Of a stretch of 64,000 nucleotides of DNA, positions 11,719 to 22,468 are shown in pieces. The notes beneath the pieces were generated by a model. It searched no databases and was not told the DNA's origin. It saw only the letters and a list, made by a program, of their open reading frames with translations. The position numbers and the translations under genes were made by a program. The first letter of the stretch is position 1. Each line of letters starts with the position of its first letter. The stretch is taken from the NCBI GenBank assembly GCA_963674865.2, contig CAXXYE010000006.1, forward strand, positions 216,372 to 280,371. The letters run 5' to 3'. The DNA is from Candidatus Hydrogenedentota bacterium. GTDB lineage: Bacteria; Hydrogenedentota; Hydrogenedentia; Hydrogenedentales; SLHB01.

Positions 11719-14700
11719 GCCGCGGAATCGGCGTCGTACTCACCCTCAAATCGCACCGACACGAGTTGCGACACACCTCGTTCTTGCATGGTGACGCCGT
11801 AGAGCGCATTGGCGCGCGCCATAGTCTCCTTGCTATGGGTGATAACGACGAATTGGCTCTGCGCGGTGAATTCTTGCAGGAGGTCGAGAAAGCGTCCGAT
11901 ATTGGCGTCGTCCAGAGGGGCATCGACCTCGTCGAGGACACAGAAGGGGCTGGGCTTGGCCCGTAGAATGCTGAACAGGAGGCTGATGGCGGTGAGGGCG
12001 CTTTCTCCGCCGGACAAGAGCGAGATGGCCTGCGGCCGCTTCCCGGGCGGACGCGCCTCGATCTCGATGCCGCTCTCAAGGGGATCATCGGGATCGAGCA
12101 GGTAGATCCGAGCCTGGCCTCCGTTGAAAAGACGACGGAAGTACTCACGGAAGTAGTCGCCCACTTTCGTGAACGTTTCCATGAACATATCGCGAATCCT
12201 GTTGTCGATGCGCATAATCACATCGAGAAGGGCCTCGCGTGCCTCGGCAAGATCCGCGTCTTGAGCAACAAGAAAGTCGTTGCGCTTCTCAAGAGCCTCG
12301 AACTCCTCGATGGCCATGAGATTGACTTGGCCCATGCGCTGAAGGCGGACGCGAATATCCGCAATGCGCTCATCGCGGGCATCTTCATCCAGCTCGTCGG
12401 CACCCACCTGCTCCTCCGTCAGGGAGGAAAGGGCAAGGCTGTATTCGTCTCGGATGCGCGTCTGACAGAACTCGATTTGATCCTCGTTATGACGAAGTTC
12501 GAGTTCAAGCTGATGGACCTGGGACTGCGTCTGGCGGGACTCTTCCCGCAACTCACGCAGCTTCTTCTCGATAACATCGGACTCTTCGAGCAACTTCTGG
12601 CGCTGGTTTTCGGCCTCGACAACCTCTTTCTGCGCTTCGTCACGCGACTCGGCCAACGCCTTGGTGCGCTCAACGTTCAGGGCGACCTCGCGCTCCAGGT
12701 CGGCCTGATTCTTCTCGAGCTGGCCAATGGCCTCGGTGCGGCGTTGCGCTTCACGGAGAATATCCTCACGCTCGCGCTTCTCGCGCTCTTTGTTGCGCTC
12801 GGCCTCTTCAAGGCGCTGCTTGAGACTCACCACCTGGATACGCACGTCGGCAAGCCCCGCCGCGCTGGCCGAGAGTTGCTGCCGGGCACTGGACGCGGCC
12901 GTCTGGGCCTCGGAAACCGCCTGCCGAACGGCTTCGCCATCACTCTCCATCGTGTCCGCAAGGGCAGCTTTTTCCTGCCGATGGCCTTCGAGCGCATCGC
13001 GCCGCTCGCTAAGCGCATCGCGCTGAGTATCGATATGTTGGGCGGATTGAGCGAGGCTGTCCAGTTCGGTGCGATGACGCGCAAGGGCAAGATCGAGTTC
13101 GTTCAACTGCCGGCGCCGGCCCACCTCATCTTCCTGGAGCTTGGCCAACCGCTCGGCCATGCTGCCGATCTCCGCCTCTGCCACGCCAATCTGCTCAGAC
13201 AGACGGGCCAGCTCACGTTCGGCGTTCTCCGCCTTATCTTGCAGTTCATCGATCTCGGCGCGCCGGCCCAGAAGACCGCGGCTCTCATGTTTCGTGCGGC
13301 CGCCTGTAACCGCGCCCGCCGGACTGACGACCTCGCCGTCCAGCGTCACAAGCCTGGGGAATGAGCGCGCGCTTCGGGCGATGCGGGTGGCCTCGTCAAG
13401 GTTTTCAACGAGGAGCGTGTTTCGGAACAGGTACTCGACCGCCGGCCGGATCTGCTCGTCATACTTCAGATGTTCGATGGCCGGGCCGATCACTCCCGGT
13501 TCGCCGTCAAGGGCGCTGTTCGATTCGCCGCCGGGAACGCGGATCATATCCAGAGGAAGAAACGTGACGCGCCCCGCGGCTTCGGCCTTGAGAAAGGCGA
13601 TGGCCGCCTTGGCCGCGCCGGCATCTTCAACGATGATATTGTTGATGTTCCCGGCCAGGGCCGCCTCGATGGCCCGCTCGTATTGGCGTTCCGTGGTGAT
13701 CAGGTCGCCCACGGGGCCGATAATGCCCCGGACGTTGGCAAGCTGTTCCTTCTTTGCACGCATGACGGCCCGAACGCCCGTAGCGAAGCCCTCGTAGGCA
13801 TCGCGGAGCTCGCGGAGCGAACGCAGCCTGGCTTCGACGCTGCTCTTGTTCTCGCGGAGCGCTTGACGCTCATCCGTGAACTGGGCGCGCTCGTCGAGTT
13901 TGGCGCCGTGCGCGGCGGCGACCTCGTGGCGCTCCGCCTCGAGCTGCTGGAGTTCGCGCTGTGTCTCCGCCTGGGCCGATTCCGCCTCGTTAAGCGTAGC
14001 CGTCAACGCCTCCCGCCGCTGGTTCTCGCCTTCGGTACGTTCAGCGAGAGCCTGTAGTTGGCTCTCGATATTGCTGATGCTCACGGCGAGTGTTTCGAGC
14101 TCGGTTTGGGCCTTCGCGCGGTCGTTCATAGTCTCGACCGCCCGCGACCGCATCGCCTCGAGGTGGGCGTCGGCCGTGGCCACGCCCTCGGTAGCCTTGT
14201 CATGCTCCTGCTGCTTGGCCTCGAATGCGCCTTGCGCGGCATCCACCTCGTGCCGGGTGTGCTCAATCTCGCTTTCGACTTCTGCAACGTGAGCGGCAGT
14301 GGCCTCCGCCCGTTCAAGAAGCTCCTTGCCCTCGGCGGCGGCACGCTCCTGCTGCTCCTTGGAGAACCGGATCTGTTGGCGAAGAAGTTCGATCTGCCGC
14401 TCGGCCTGCTCCATCTCCCCGTCGAGTTCGTGAACACTCTCGCGCCGTGCAAGCAGGAGGCGATCCGCCTCCAGGCGACTCAGTCCGAGTTCCTCGTGCC
14501 GCGCTTCGAGTTGCGAGGTCTCCGCAGTGGCCTTCTCGTAAGCGTTCTGAGCGACCGCAAACTTCTCGCGGAGTCCGGTGACGCCTTCGGCGAATCGCGT
14601 GAACCGAAGCCAAGCAGCGCGTATTTCGAGTTCGCGAAGTTCATCCGTGAACTCCCGATAGCGGATCGCTGCGTTGACCTGACGCTTGAGGGAACGCATC

Positions 14701-15302
14701 TGGCGCTGGACCTCGGCGATGATATCGCGAAGCCGGAGCAGGTTCTGCTCTGCGGCGTCGAGCTTTCGTATCGCGATGCGCTTGCGCGACTTATACTTGA
14801 TGATGCCCGCGGCTTCCTCAAAGAGGAAGCGGCGGTCCTCCGGCCGGGAACTGAGGATCAGATCAATCTTGCCTTGGCCGATGAGGGAGTAAGCGTTGGT
14901 GCCGATGCCGGTATCCATGAAAAGCTCCTGGACGTCGCGGAGCCGGCATGGCGTCTTGTTGATGAGGTATTCGCTTTCGCCGGAGCGGTACAAGCGCCGC
15001 GTCACCTGGACCTCAGCAAAATCCACGGGGAGCTTGGAATCGGCGTTATCGAACGTCAGCGATATCTCGGCCATCCCTTGGGGATGTCGGTTATCGCTCC
15101 CATTGAATATGACGTCCTGCATCTGGTTGCCGCGCAACGTCTTAGCGCTCTGTTCGCCCAAAGCCCAACGAATAGCGTCCAGGACGTTGCTCTTCCCGCA
15201 GCCGTTGGGCCCCACCACACCCGTGATGCCGGGCTCAAGCCGGAGCACCGTGCGATCCGCGAAAGACTTGAAGCCTGCAAGTTCGATGCGCTTGAAGTAC
15301 AT
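11715..15302 (-). CDS. smc: Chromosome segregation protein SMC
   Basis: GFKSF, Walker A GPNGCGKSN, coiled coils, hinge GRVTFLPL/GAVTGG, LSGGE signature, Walker B LDEVDAPLD. Confidence 0.98.
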   Translation of the reverse strand: MYFKRIELAGFKSFADRTVLRLEPGITGVVGPNGCGKSNVLDAIRWALGEQSAKTLRGNQMQDVIFNGSDNRHPQGMAEISLTFDNADSKLPVDFAEVQVTRRLYRSGESEYLINKTPCRLRDVQELFMDTGIGTNAYSLIGQGKIDLILSSRPEDRRFLFEEAAGIIKYKSRKRIAIRKLDAAEQNLLRLRDIIAEVQRQMRSLKRQVNAAIRYREFTDELRELEIRAAWLRFTRFAEGVTGLREKFAVAQNAYEKATAETSQLEARHEELGLSRLEADRLLLARRESVHELDGEMEQAERQIELLRQQIRFSKEQQERAAAEGKELLERAEATAAHVAEVESEIEHTRHEVDAAQGAFEAKQQEHDKATEGVATADAHLEAMRSRAVETMNDRAKAQTELETLAVSISNIESQLQALAERTEGENQRREALTATLNEAESAQAETQRELQQLEAERHEVAAAHGAKLDERAQFTDERQALRENKSSVEARLRSLRELRDAYEGFATGVRAVMRAKKEQLANVRGIIGPVGDLITTERQYERAIEAALAGNINNIIVEDAGAAKAAIAFLKAEAAGRVTFLPLDMIRVPGGESNSALDGEPGVIGPAIEHLKYDEQIRPAVEYLFRNTLLVENLDEATRIARSARSFPRLVTLDGEVVSPAGAVTGGRTKHESRGLLGRRAEIDELQDKAENAERELARLSEQIGVAEAEIGSMAERLAKLQEDEVGRRRQLNELDLALARHRTELDSLAQSAQHIDTQRDALSERRDALEGHRQEKAALADTMESDGEAVRQAVSEAQTAASSARQQLSASAAGLADVRIQVVSLKQRLEEAERNKEREKREREDILREAQRRTEAIGQLEKNQADLEREVALNVERTKALAESRDEAQKEVVEAENQRQKLLEESDVIEKKLRELREESRQTQSQVHQLELELRHNEDQIEFCQTRIRDEYSLALSSLTEEQVGADELDEDARDERIADIRVRLQRMGQVNLMAIEEFEALEKRNDFLVAQDADLAEAREALLDVIMRIDNRIRDMFMETFTKVGDYFREYFRRLFNGGQARIYLLDPDDPLESGIEIEARPPGKRPQAISLLSGGESALTAISLLFSILRAKPSPFCVLDEVDAPLDDANIGRFLDLLQEFTAQSQFVVITHSKETMARANALYGVTMQERGVSQLVSVRFEGEYDADSAA

Positions 15303-15392
15303 GAATCCTATATCATCCGCACCGGCGCGGCGTAAGGCCGCGGCGGCATAAACCCGCCGTGGGACGGGCAGCTCCTCTCATATCGCCCGAGG

Positions 15393-16178
15393 TCACTCGT
15401 CTTGCGTACGCACAATGCGCTCAATCGCGAGCGCGCGCCCCGAATCATCGTCCGCTTGGATAAGGACCGCGTTGAATACCGTGGGGCCACGGGCCACCTG
15501 AAACTCGACGGGCATGCCGGTAAGGAACCGGTTAATCACCCGCTCGCGCTCCATGCCAATGATCGAATTGCGGGGCCCGCACATACCGACATCAGTGATA
15601 TAAGCCGTGCCCTTCGGCAGAAGGCGTTCATCCGCTGTCTGAACGTGCGTATGAGTACCGACTACGGCCGTACAGGCTCCATCCAGAAACCAACCCATCG
15701 CGACCTTTTCAGCGGTGGCCTCGGCATGCATATCGACGATGACAACGGGCGTGGTCTCCCTGAGCCGGGCAACCTCCGCGCGCCCGACCTCAAACGGACA
15801 TCGGTTAGGCGACAGGAAAACCCGTCCCAACAAACTCACGATGCCGGCCCTCCGGCCGTCCGCCAAAGTGACCCGAATGGCGCCCGTCCCCGGAACGCCG
15901 TCCGGGTAGTTCGCGGGTCGAACAACATTGGACAGGGAGTCGAGCGCGGACGCGAGTTCCTTCTTCCGCCACGTATGGTTCCCCAGAGTAACGGCGTGCG
16001 CACCCGCCTCAAACACCTCGTCTAACACGGCCGGCGTGGCGCCCAGTCCTCCTGCGGCATTCTCCCCATTCACCACGACCAAGTCAATCAGATAATCGTT
16101 GCAGAGTCCGGGAAGCCACCGGAGAAGAGCGCGCCGCCCCGGCCTACCGACGACATCGCCCACGACCAATACATTCAT
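15393..16178 (-). CDS. ymdB: YmdB/TIGR00282-family metallophosphoesterase
   Basis: GDVVGRPGR, NGENAAGG, TLGNH, RPANYP, DMHAEATAEK, GTHTHVQTAD; downstream of rny; start taken at MNVLVVGD. Confidence 0.92.
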   Translation of the reverse strand: MNVLVVGDVVGRPGRRALLRWLPGLCNDYLIDLVVVNGENAAGGLGATPAVLDEVFEAGAHAVTLGNHTWRKKELASALDSLSNVVRPANYPDGVPGTGAIRVTLADGRRAGIVSLLGRVFLSPNRCPFEVGRAEVARLRETTPVVIVDMHAEATAEKVAMGWFLDGACTAVVGTHTHVQTADERLLPKGTAYITDVGMCGPRNSIIGMERERVINRFLTGMPVEFQVARGPTVFNAVLIQADDDSGRALAIERIVRTQDE

Positions 16179-16346
16179 AGGGCGACCACCCTTGGAACAC
16201 GAGCGCCGAGTCCCGTGTCTTCCCGACGCCAAGCAGACCTACCCCCTCCATCCCGGAGTCTCAGCAGAGCGCCCGGAAAGAGCGACGCCGGCGCACAGGC
16301 GTGAGGCACCCGGGCGCTCCCCCGGCTGCACATGAGTTGGGGCGCG

Positions 16347-17906
16347 TTACTTGGCAGTCTCAACGGCTCGAGTTTCCCGAACGACGGTAACCTTGATCTG
16401 GCCCGGATACACAAGCTCGCTCTCAACCTTGCGAGCCACATTGCGGGCCAACTGCATGGCCATGGCGTCATCCACTTTCTCGGGATAGACAACGACCCGA
16501 ATTTCACGTCCTGCCTGAATGGCGTAGGATTTCTCCACGCCGTCGAATTCGTCCGCGATGCGCTCAAGTTGTTCGAGTCGCTTGATATACGTCTCGACAG
16601 TCTCACGCCGGGCGCCGGGCCGCGCGGCCGACAAAGCGTCGGCGGCCTGGACAAGCACAGCGATGATGCTGTCCTGATCGATCTCGCCGTGGTGGGCGCC
16701 GATCGACTTGACAATGACTTCATTCTCGCCGTAGCGCTTGGCCAGATCATGGCCGATAATAGCGTGCGAACCCTCCACCTCGTGATTAATCGCCTTACCG
16801 ATGTCGTGGATCAGACCGGCGCGCTTGGCGATCTGGATGTTCTCGCCCAGTTCCGCGGCCATGATACCGGATAGGTGGCACACCTCGATGGCATGCCGCA
16901 AGACATTCTGGCCATAGGAGGTACGGTAGTGCAGTCGCCCCAGAAGCTTGACAATCTCGGGGTGGAGTCCGTGGACATCCGCCTCGAGGCAAGCCTGCTC
17001 GCCCATTTCCTTGATGGTTTGGGCCATATTCTGCGTTTCTTTCTCAACGACTTCCTCGATTCGGGCGGGGTGGATCCGGCCGTCTGTGATGAGCTTCTCC
17101 AACGCAACCCGCGCGACCTCACGCCTGACGGGGTCGAACCCGGACAAAATGACGGCCTCGGGCGTGTCGTCAATGATGATGTTGATGCCCGTGGCGCTCT
17201 CAAGAGCGCGGATGTTACGGCCTTCCCGGCCGATGATCCGGCCTTTCATCTCGTCGTTGGGAAGGTGGACCACCGATACCGTGCTTTCCGCGACGTGGTC
17301 CGCGGCGCAACGCTCGATGGCCTGCGTGATAATCCATTTGCCCTTCTTCTGGGCGTTTTCGACAAGCTCCTCCTCGATACGCTTCAGCCGGACCGCGCTG
17401 TCGCGGCGGACTTCCGTCTCGAGTTGGTCGAAAATGGCCTTTCGGGCGTCACTGGCGCTCATACCGGAGATGTCTTCCAGTTTGCGCATCTGCTCGTTGA
17501 CGAGCGCCGCCACTTCGTCCTTCTGCCTGCGCAGGCCGTTTTCGTGGGCCGCAAGCTCCCGCTCCTTGGCGCTCAATTCGTTGCCCTTGCGTTCCAACGA
17601 ATCGAGACGCTTCTCGACACCTTCCTCCTTGGCCAGAATCCGCTTTTCAAGGGCGACGAGTTCTTTGCGCTGCTCCCGGGCCTCGTTCTCGAACTGAGCG
17701 CGGAGTTCGATCTGCTGCTCTTTGATGCCTGTCTTGGCTTCTTTGATAGTCGAGGCGGCTTCGCGTTCGGCGTCGGAGATGATCTGAGCGGCCTCACGAC
17801 GAGCCCTGCCAGTCAGACTGGTGCCCATCAGGCGCGCCGCAACGAAGGCCAGGATGCCCCCTGCTACGATGCCGACTGCGATCCACACCAAAATCAGTGG
17901 ATCCAT
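16347..17906 (-). CDS. rny: Ribonuclease Y
   Basis: N-terminal TM helix, coiled coil, KH domain ([14 protein letters not shown]), HD domain (LIHDIGKA), [12 protein letters not shown]. Confidence 0.98.
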   Translation of the reverse strand: MDPLILVWIAVGIVAGGILAFVAARLMGTSLTGRARREAAQIISDAEREAASTIKEAKTGIKEQQIELRAQFENEAREQRKELVALEKRILAKEEGVEKRLDSLERKGNELSAKERELAAHENGLRRQKDEVAALVNEQMRKLEDISGMSASDARKAIFDQLETEVRRDSAVRLKRIEEELVENAQKKGKWIITQAIERCAADHVAESTVSVVHLPNDEMKGRIIGREGRNIRALESATGINIIIDDTPEAVILSGFDPVRREVARVALEKLITDGRIHPARIEEVVEKETQNMAQTIKEMGEQACLEADVHGLHPEIVKLLGRLHYRTSYGQNVLRHAIEVCHLSGIMAAELGENIQIAKRAGLIHDIGKAINHEVEGSHAIIGHDLAKRYGENEVIVKSIGAHHGEIDQDSIIAVLVQAADALSAARPGARRETVETYIKRLEQLERIADEFDGVEKSYAIQAGREIRVVVYPEKVDDAMAMQLARNVARKVESELVYPGQIKVTVVRETRAVETAK

Positions 17907-18169
17907 TCAATTGCCTCCACCCTGCACGGGTTGTCTTCTGAGCCCGGGCTCTTCAGGGCAGAGATGGTGAGGAGTCTCGTAGCGCTAGCCGCTGCAACAC
18001 GTTCGAAGGCTATGTCCGAGGAGAAAACGCCCCCTGGTGTGAGACACGAACGATAGGGAAACTGCAGAACCGCCTTTCAGGCGAGGGCCAAACATGCTAC
18101 TCAAGTCCTTACCACTCTTCATGAAGAATACCGAGCGGTCTGTTGACAAAGTTAGTTCTTGGTACGCGT

Positions 18170-18198
18170 ATTATAAGTTTTTGGCAAGGATAAGTCAA
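18170..18198 (-). promoter_or_regulatory. Sigma70-type promoter for the rny operon
   Basis: Minus strand TTGACT-17 nt-TATAAT (near-perfect consensus) in an AT-rich patch. Confidence 0.75.
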
Positions 18199-18621
18199 CG
18201 GGACGGAAACGCCGGCGCGGTGGGAAATCCGTCCCTGACACACCGGATACGCAGTGACTTCCCGGCCTATCAGCACCGGTTCATACGGAAACAACGGGCC
18301 ATAACCACTGTTAAGGCATTGTGCAACAGTTATTTAGCAGAGCTTCGCGGGCGCGGGACAGGGGCAATCCCTTCATTCACCAACCTGCGCAGGCCGTAAG
18401 ACCGCGTTTCTGTCCAAGCCGCCAACACAATTATCTCAGTTAGCTCAGAATTAGAGTCTTATTCGGAGGGGCCATGCCGACATTGAGGCCATAGGCCCCC
18501 ACGCCCCTCCTGATTATCACGCCATCAGCAAGAATGAATACGGCAAAAAACGGTTTATTATGATTAAAACACAACCTCTTGCCGTGCGGCGAAGTGGGGC
18601 CATGGACTCCTCGTTCAGCTA

Positions 18622-20676
18622 TCACTCCTTCGCCCTTGTATGAGAGAGGTCTTCCCGCTTGTAGTAGATGATGCGCCCTCCTTCTTCTCCCACAAGCATG
18701 TCGGGGCCGTTTGGATCGCCGAAGTCGGCGACGGTCGGGCCGCACGCATGCTGGCCGAGAAAGATGGGTTCGCCGCGGAAAGTCATAATTTCCGGGAACT
18801 TGAAGACAGGCGCGGTATTGCTGCCCACATTGCGTAGAAATAGGACGGCAGAGCCCGGGAGCCCGAGAGACTGTGGCAAGCCCGTCTCGGGATTCGGTAC
18901 CGACCCGTGGCGCGGGGTGCCGACAATCATGTCGACCAAGCCGTCCCGATCCCAATCCGCCAGATTCAGCTTGAGGCGTCCGGTACCGCCGGCAGACAAG
19001 GAATTGGCCTTGATAACGGCCCCGTCGTCGAGCCGTAACTTGCTGCCATCCGACAAGTTATAGTCGTCAAGACGCCAATAGAGGTGAAATTCGTCGTCGT
19101 CATCAAGGGCAACGTAGGCCATCTGCTCGCCCAACTTAGCGACGGCCGGTTTCACACGCCAGGTGCCGTGGAGGTCAAGTCCATCAAGATAGAGGGGACT
19201 TCCCGCCTCAAGTGCCGGCGCCTGAGGGGCGCCGCGGTTCAGGTAGATGGTGTGGCGCGCGGTGCTGTCACTCATCAGAATGTCCGGGAGTCCGTCGCCG
19301 TTCCAGTCGGCTACGGCCGGGCAGGCGTATCCCCATCTCGCCTCGCCGGGGCCTTGAATATCGTCCCGGTAGCCAGGCTGGATGTCTATGGGCCGCCCGC
19401 CCGCCTCGATGGGCGCCCCAGGCGCAAAGGCCGGGGCCGCATTGCTCCCTATATTGCGGAAGAAGAGCACGCGGCCCTCGGAGTTTCCAGAGACGATATC
19501 CATAACGCCGTCGCCGTCCCAATCCACAACATTGGGTACCGGCAGCGTACCTGCGTAAAGATCGGCTTTTTCTTCCAGAACCGGCACGGGATCATCGTAA
19601 ATCGGCTTGTCCTCTCCGGTAAACGCGCCCGAAAAGCGATAGTAGTAGAGCCCGCCTTCGCCCGCGGCGATGAGGTCCGAATAGCCCGTATCGCGCTGCG
19701 GGTATGCAGTCGGCCCGGGATGAATAACCGGGTGACGGTGTGCGTTGCCGTAGGCATCGACGATGTGGCGGCGAGGGGCAAGCTCCAGGCCCGTCGCGGC
19801 GCGGTTGCGGTAGTAGTAGAGCCCCCCATACCATGATCCGCACAACACATCCCGCTCGCGTCCCGAGCCAAGGTTGACGGACGTGATGTGGCTGTACGAC
19901 ATCTGGACTTCATGATCCGTGGGCGAGATTTGGCGGGCGTTGGCCGCGGGCCCGACAAAGGCCGCCGGCAGCGTCACCGCGTAGAGGAAGACATAGGGGA
20001 ATCCGCCGCGCCATACGCCCGCGCCATCGTATGGCCTGTATTCCGGGGCTCGCCCGCCGAAGTCCGTGGGCTTATACGGCACGCCGTCGCCAATCTGAAG
20101 TAGGATCTCGACACTCCCATCGGGATTGGGGAGGAGCCCGACATTGCCGGGGCCGCCAGGCAGGTCCGGCAGGTCGATCCGGCCCGTTTCCTTGAATGCC
20201 CGACCCTCGATATCAAGAACCGTGCAAACGAGTTGCGCGCCGTTGAGCCAGATTCCGTGAACCTTCCCATCGGCCGTCTGACAAATGGCCCCCGGCGGGG
20301 GGTAGGGGCCCTCAAAAGGATACGCGATGGCGATGCGGGTGCCGAACACAGGTGCACCATCGTCGGTGTCGGCCAGCCACGGATGGAGGAAAAGTCCCAC
20401 ATCTTGGCCAAACTTGGTGGTACTCAGAAGGAGGTCCGGACGTTCGGCGCCAAATATCGATGCAAAGCCGAGGGGCTCAGCCGTAATGGCATGCGCAGCC
20501 AAGGGGCCTCGGCCATCGGGCGTGCCGACAGGGATGTCCTTACCGCTCACGAGCGCCCTGCCGGGGAACTGCGCGGCGACCCGGCCCGATGCTTCGCCCC
20601 ACGCAAAATTTCGCGGCAGTAGACTCAGAATGGCAAGAACCATCGAGAAAACCACTAATAGCTTCAGAAAAGTCAT
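18622..20676 (-). CDS. Secreted FG-GAP/VCBS repeat protein
   Basis: Signal peptide; repeated DWDGDG/DWNGDG/DWDRDG motifs. Confidence 0.8.
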   Translation of the reverse strand: MTFLKLLVVFSMVLAILSLLPRNFAWGEASGRVAAQFPGRALVSGKDIPVGTPDGRGPLAAHAITAEPLGFASIFGAERPDLLLSTTKFGQDVGLFLHPWLADTDDGAPVFGTRIAIAYPFEGPYPPPGAICQTADGKVHGIWLNGAQLVCTVLDIEGRAFKETGRIDLPDLPGGPGNVGLLPNPDGSVEILLQIGDGVPYKPTDFGGRAPEYRPYDGAGVWRGGFPYVFLYAVTLPAAFVGPAANARQISPTDHEVQMSYSHITSVNLGSGRERDVLCGSWYGGLYYYRNRAATGLELAPRRHIVDAYGNAHRHPVIHPGPTAYPQRDTGYSDLIAAGEGGLYYYRFSGAFTGEDKPIYDDPVPVLEEKADLYAGTLPVPNVVDWDGDGVMDIVSGNSEGRVLFFRNIGSNAAPAFAPGAPIEAGGRPIDIQPGYRDDIQGPGEARWGYACPAVADWNGDGLPDILMSDSTARHTIYLNRGAPQAPALEAGSPLYLDGLDLHGTWRVKPAVAKLGEQMAYVALDDDDEFHLYWRLDDYNLSDGSKLRLDDGAVIKANSLSAGGTGRLKLNLADWDRDGLVDMIVGTPRHGSVPNPETGLPQSLGLPGSAVLFLRNVGSNTAPVFKFPEIMTFRGEPIFLGQHACGPTVADFGDPNGPDMLVGEEGGRIIYYKREDLSHTRAKE

Positions 20677-20837
20677 AACTCTCTCCCAGAATCGTTGCCC
20701 CTACTTGCCGCAGCCACTACGGAGTAGATAATCGCATGGGCATTTCCGTGCAATCAAGACGGGCATTGTTCCGCGACACCACGATTCAGCTACAATGCGG
20801 TGGAGGTGTCCGACTCACGCTAGGAGAGACGCCGGCC

Positions 20838-21815
20838 ATGCAACGTGTTCAGCCGTTTGTATTTGGGATGTCCGATTCGCTCATTGCGGAGGTGGGCGGC
20901 GTCCCCCTCGACGCGCTGCACCGCGATGTGGATGCCATCTGCCGGTGTTGCGATCGCATCCCCGAGGTAGCCGCGAGGCTGGGCGTCAAACCTCCGCAGC
21001 CGAGGCTGGCGGGATTCTCCTATTGCCACGTGTCGGCCTTGGGCGCACCCGTGGTATTCGCGGCCGGCTCGGAGCCGAACGTGGTTCCCATCATCCGCAC
21101 TCCCGAAGATATTGACGAGTTGCGAGCTCCGGCCGACTACCTCACGTCCGGCGTCGTGCCGGAGCGGTTGAGGGCGCTCGATGCGCTGCTCGCTCGGCGC
21201 CCCGAGGCCCGCAGGTCGATTGGGCACACGTATGAAGGTCCCATGACAACCGCCGCACTGCTGATGGGGCAGGACTTCTTCCTACTGCCCTACGAGGACC
21301 CTACCCGTGCCCACCGCCTGCTCTCGTTCTGCACGGAGAGCGCGCTCGAATACTGCCGCGCGATCTCAGAGCGTCTCGGCCATCCCCTATCTCCCGGCCC
21401 CGTGGGCATTCCCGATGACTTCGCGGGCATCTTGCCGCCCGCGCCGTTCCAGGAGTTTGTCATGCCCTATTGGGAGCGGTTCTACACCGCGCTTGAGGCC
21501 ACCGACAGACGACTGCACAGCGAGCTGCTGCGAGAGGAGCACTTGCCCTTCCTTGCCGACCTGAACATAGCCGAGTACGATCCCTCCGCCGATCAGTACC
21601 TCACGGCGGAGTTGCTCCGTGCGCGTTGTCCTGTGCCGTTCACGGCGCGTATTCAATCGTGGCACATCCGGGATCTTGCGCCAGCCCAGCTCCAATCGAT
21701 GTACCGGCGATTGGCGGCGTGTGAGCCGACAAGGATCAGTTTCTATATGAATAGGCTGGCCGACGAGGAGAAGATCCTGGCCATCCTCGAGGCGGCGCGG
21801 GAACTCGCGTCGTAG
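20838..21815 (+). CDS. Uroporphyrinogen decarboxylase (URO-D/MtaA) family protein
   Basis: EGPMTTAALLMG, DDFAGILPP..FQEFVMPY pattern; AGGAG upstream of ATG 20838. Confidence 0.7.
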   Translation: MQRVQPFVFGMSDSLIAEVGGVPLDALHRDVDAICRCCDRIPEVAARLGVKPPQPRLAGFSYCHVSALGAPVVFAAGSEPNVVPIIRTPEDIDELRAPADYLTSGVVPERLRALDALLARRPEARRSIGHTYEGPMTTAALLMGQDFFLLPYEDPTRAHRLLSFCTESALEYCRAISERLGHPLSPGPVGIPDDFAGILPPAPFQEFVMPYWERFYTALEATDRRLHSELLREEHLPFLADLNIAEYDPSADQYLTAELLRARCPVPFTARIQSWHIRDLAPAQLQSMYRRLAACEPTRISFYMNRLADEEKILAILEAARELAS

Positions 21816-21924
21816 GCCGGGATACGTTCCGGCATCTTGACTGAGGCCGGACGCGTTGCTATCTTGGCCTCGCTTTCGAGGGGGCGTGCTCGAGGCCGAA
21901 GAACAACATCGAGGTGATTGTGTG

Positions 21925-22449
21925 ATGAGCGCTGATGCCGAACTGCTGGTGGCGGTGATCATGGGCAGCAAGTCCGACTGGGACACCATGGAGGGGGCCG
22001 CGACGGCCCTCGCCGATTTCGACGTTCCCCACGAGTGCCGCGTCCTGTCCGCGCACCGGACGCCGGCGGAGCTGGCGGAGTACGTGGCATCGGCGGAGGC
22101 GCACGGCTGTGAGGTATTCATCGCCGGCGCGGGCGGCGCGGCACACTTGGCGGGTGTCATCGCGGCACAGACGATCCGGCCCGTACTCGGCGTGCCCATC
22201 GAGAGCGCCTCGCTGAAGGGCCTCGACTCACTATTGTCGATGGTGCAGATGCCGTCGGGCATCCCGGTGGGGACGCTGGCCATAGGAAAGGCGGGGGCGG
22301 CGAATTCGGCGCTGCTCGCCATCGCCATCCTGGCGAACACTCGTCCCGACCTCCGCGACAAACTCGTCGCCTATCGGCAGAAGCGTGCTGAGAAAGTGCT
22401 CAAGGAAACCTTGCCGCAGAAGAACTCGGGGGTGGGTTTCTTGAGGTAG
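21925..22449 (+). CDS. purE: N5-CAIR mutase / AIR carboxylase PurE
   Basis: IMGSKSD, SAHRTP, AGAGGAAHL, GLDSLLSMVQMPSGIPVGT. Confidence 0.96.
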   Translation: MSADAELLVAVIMGSKSDWDTMEGAATALADFDVPHECRVLSAHRTPAELAEYVASAEAHGCEVFIAGAGGAAHLAGVIAAQTIRPVLGVPIESASLKGLDSLLSMVQMPSGIPVGTLAIGKAGAANSALLAIAILANTRPDLRDKLVAYRQKRAEKVLKETLPQKNSGVGFLR

Positions 22450-22468
22450 GCGTTTTCCGGAGCGCCGA

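Noticed and set aside
17907..18165. 6S RNA call upstream of rny
   Set aside because: Could not find the long nested closing stem by eye; kept only as an unassigned leader
18143..18175. Plus-strand promoter TTGACA..TATTAT
   Set aside because: Spacer is 20 nt and no plus-strand gene follows
21925..22449. purE without purK as an unusual pathway
   Set aside because: Scattered pur genes are common and purK may lie outside the window
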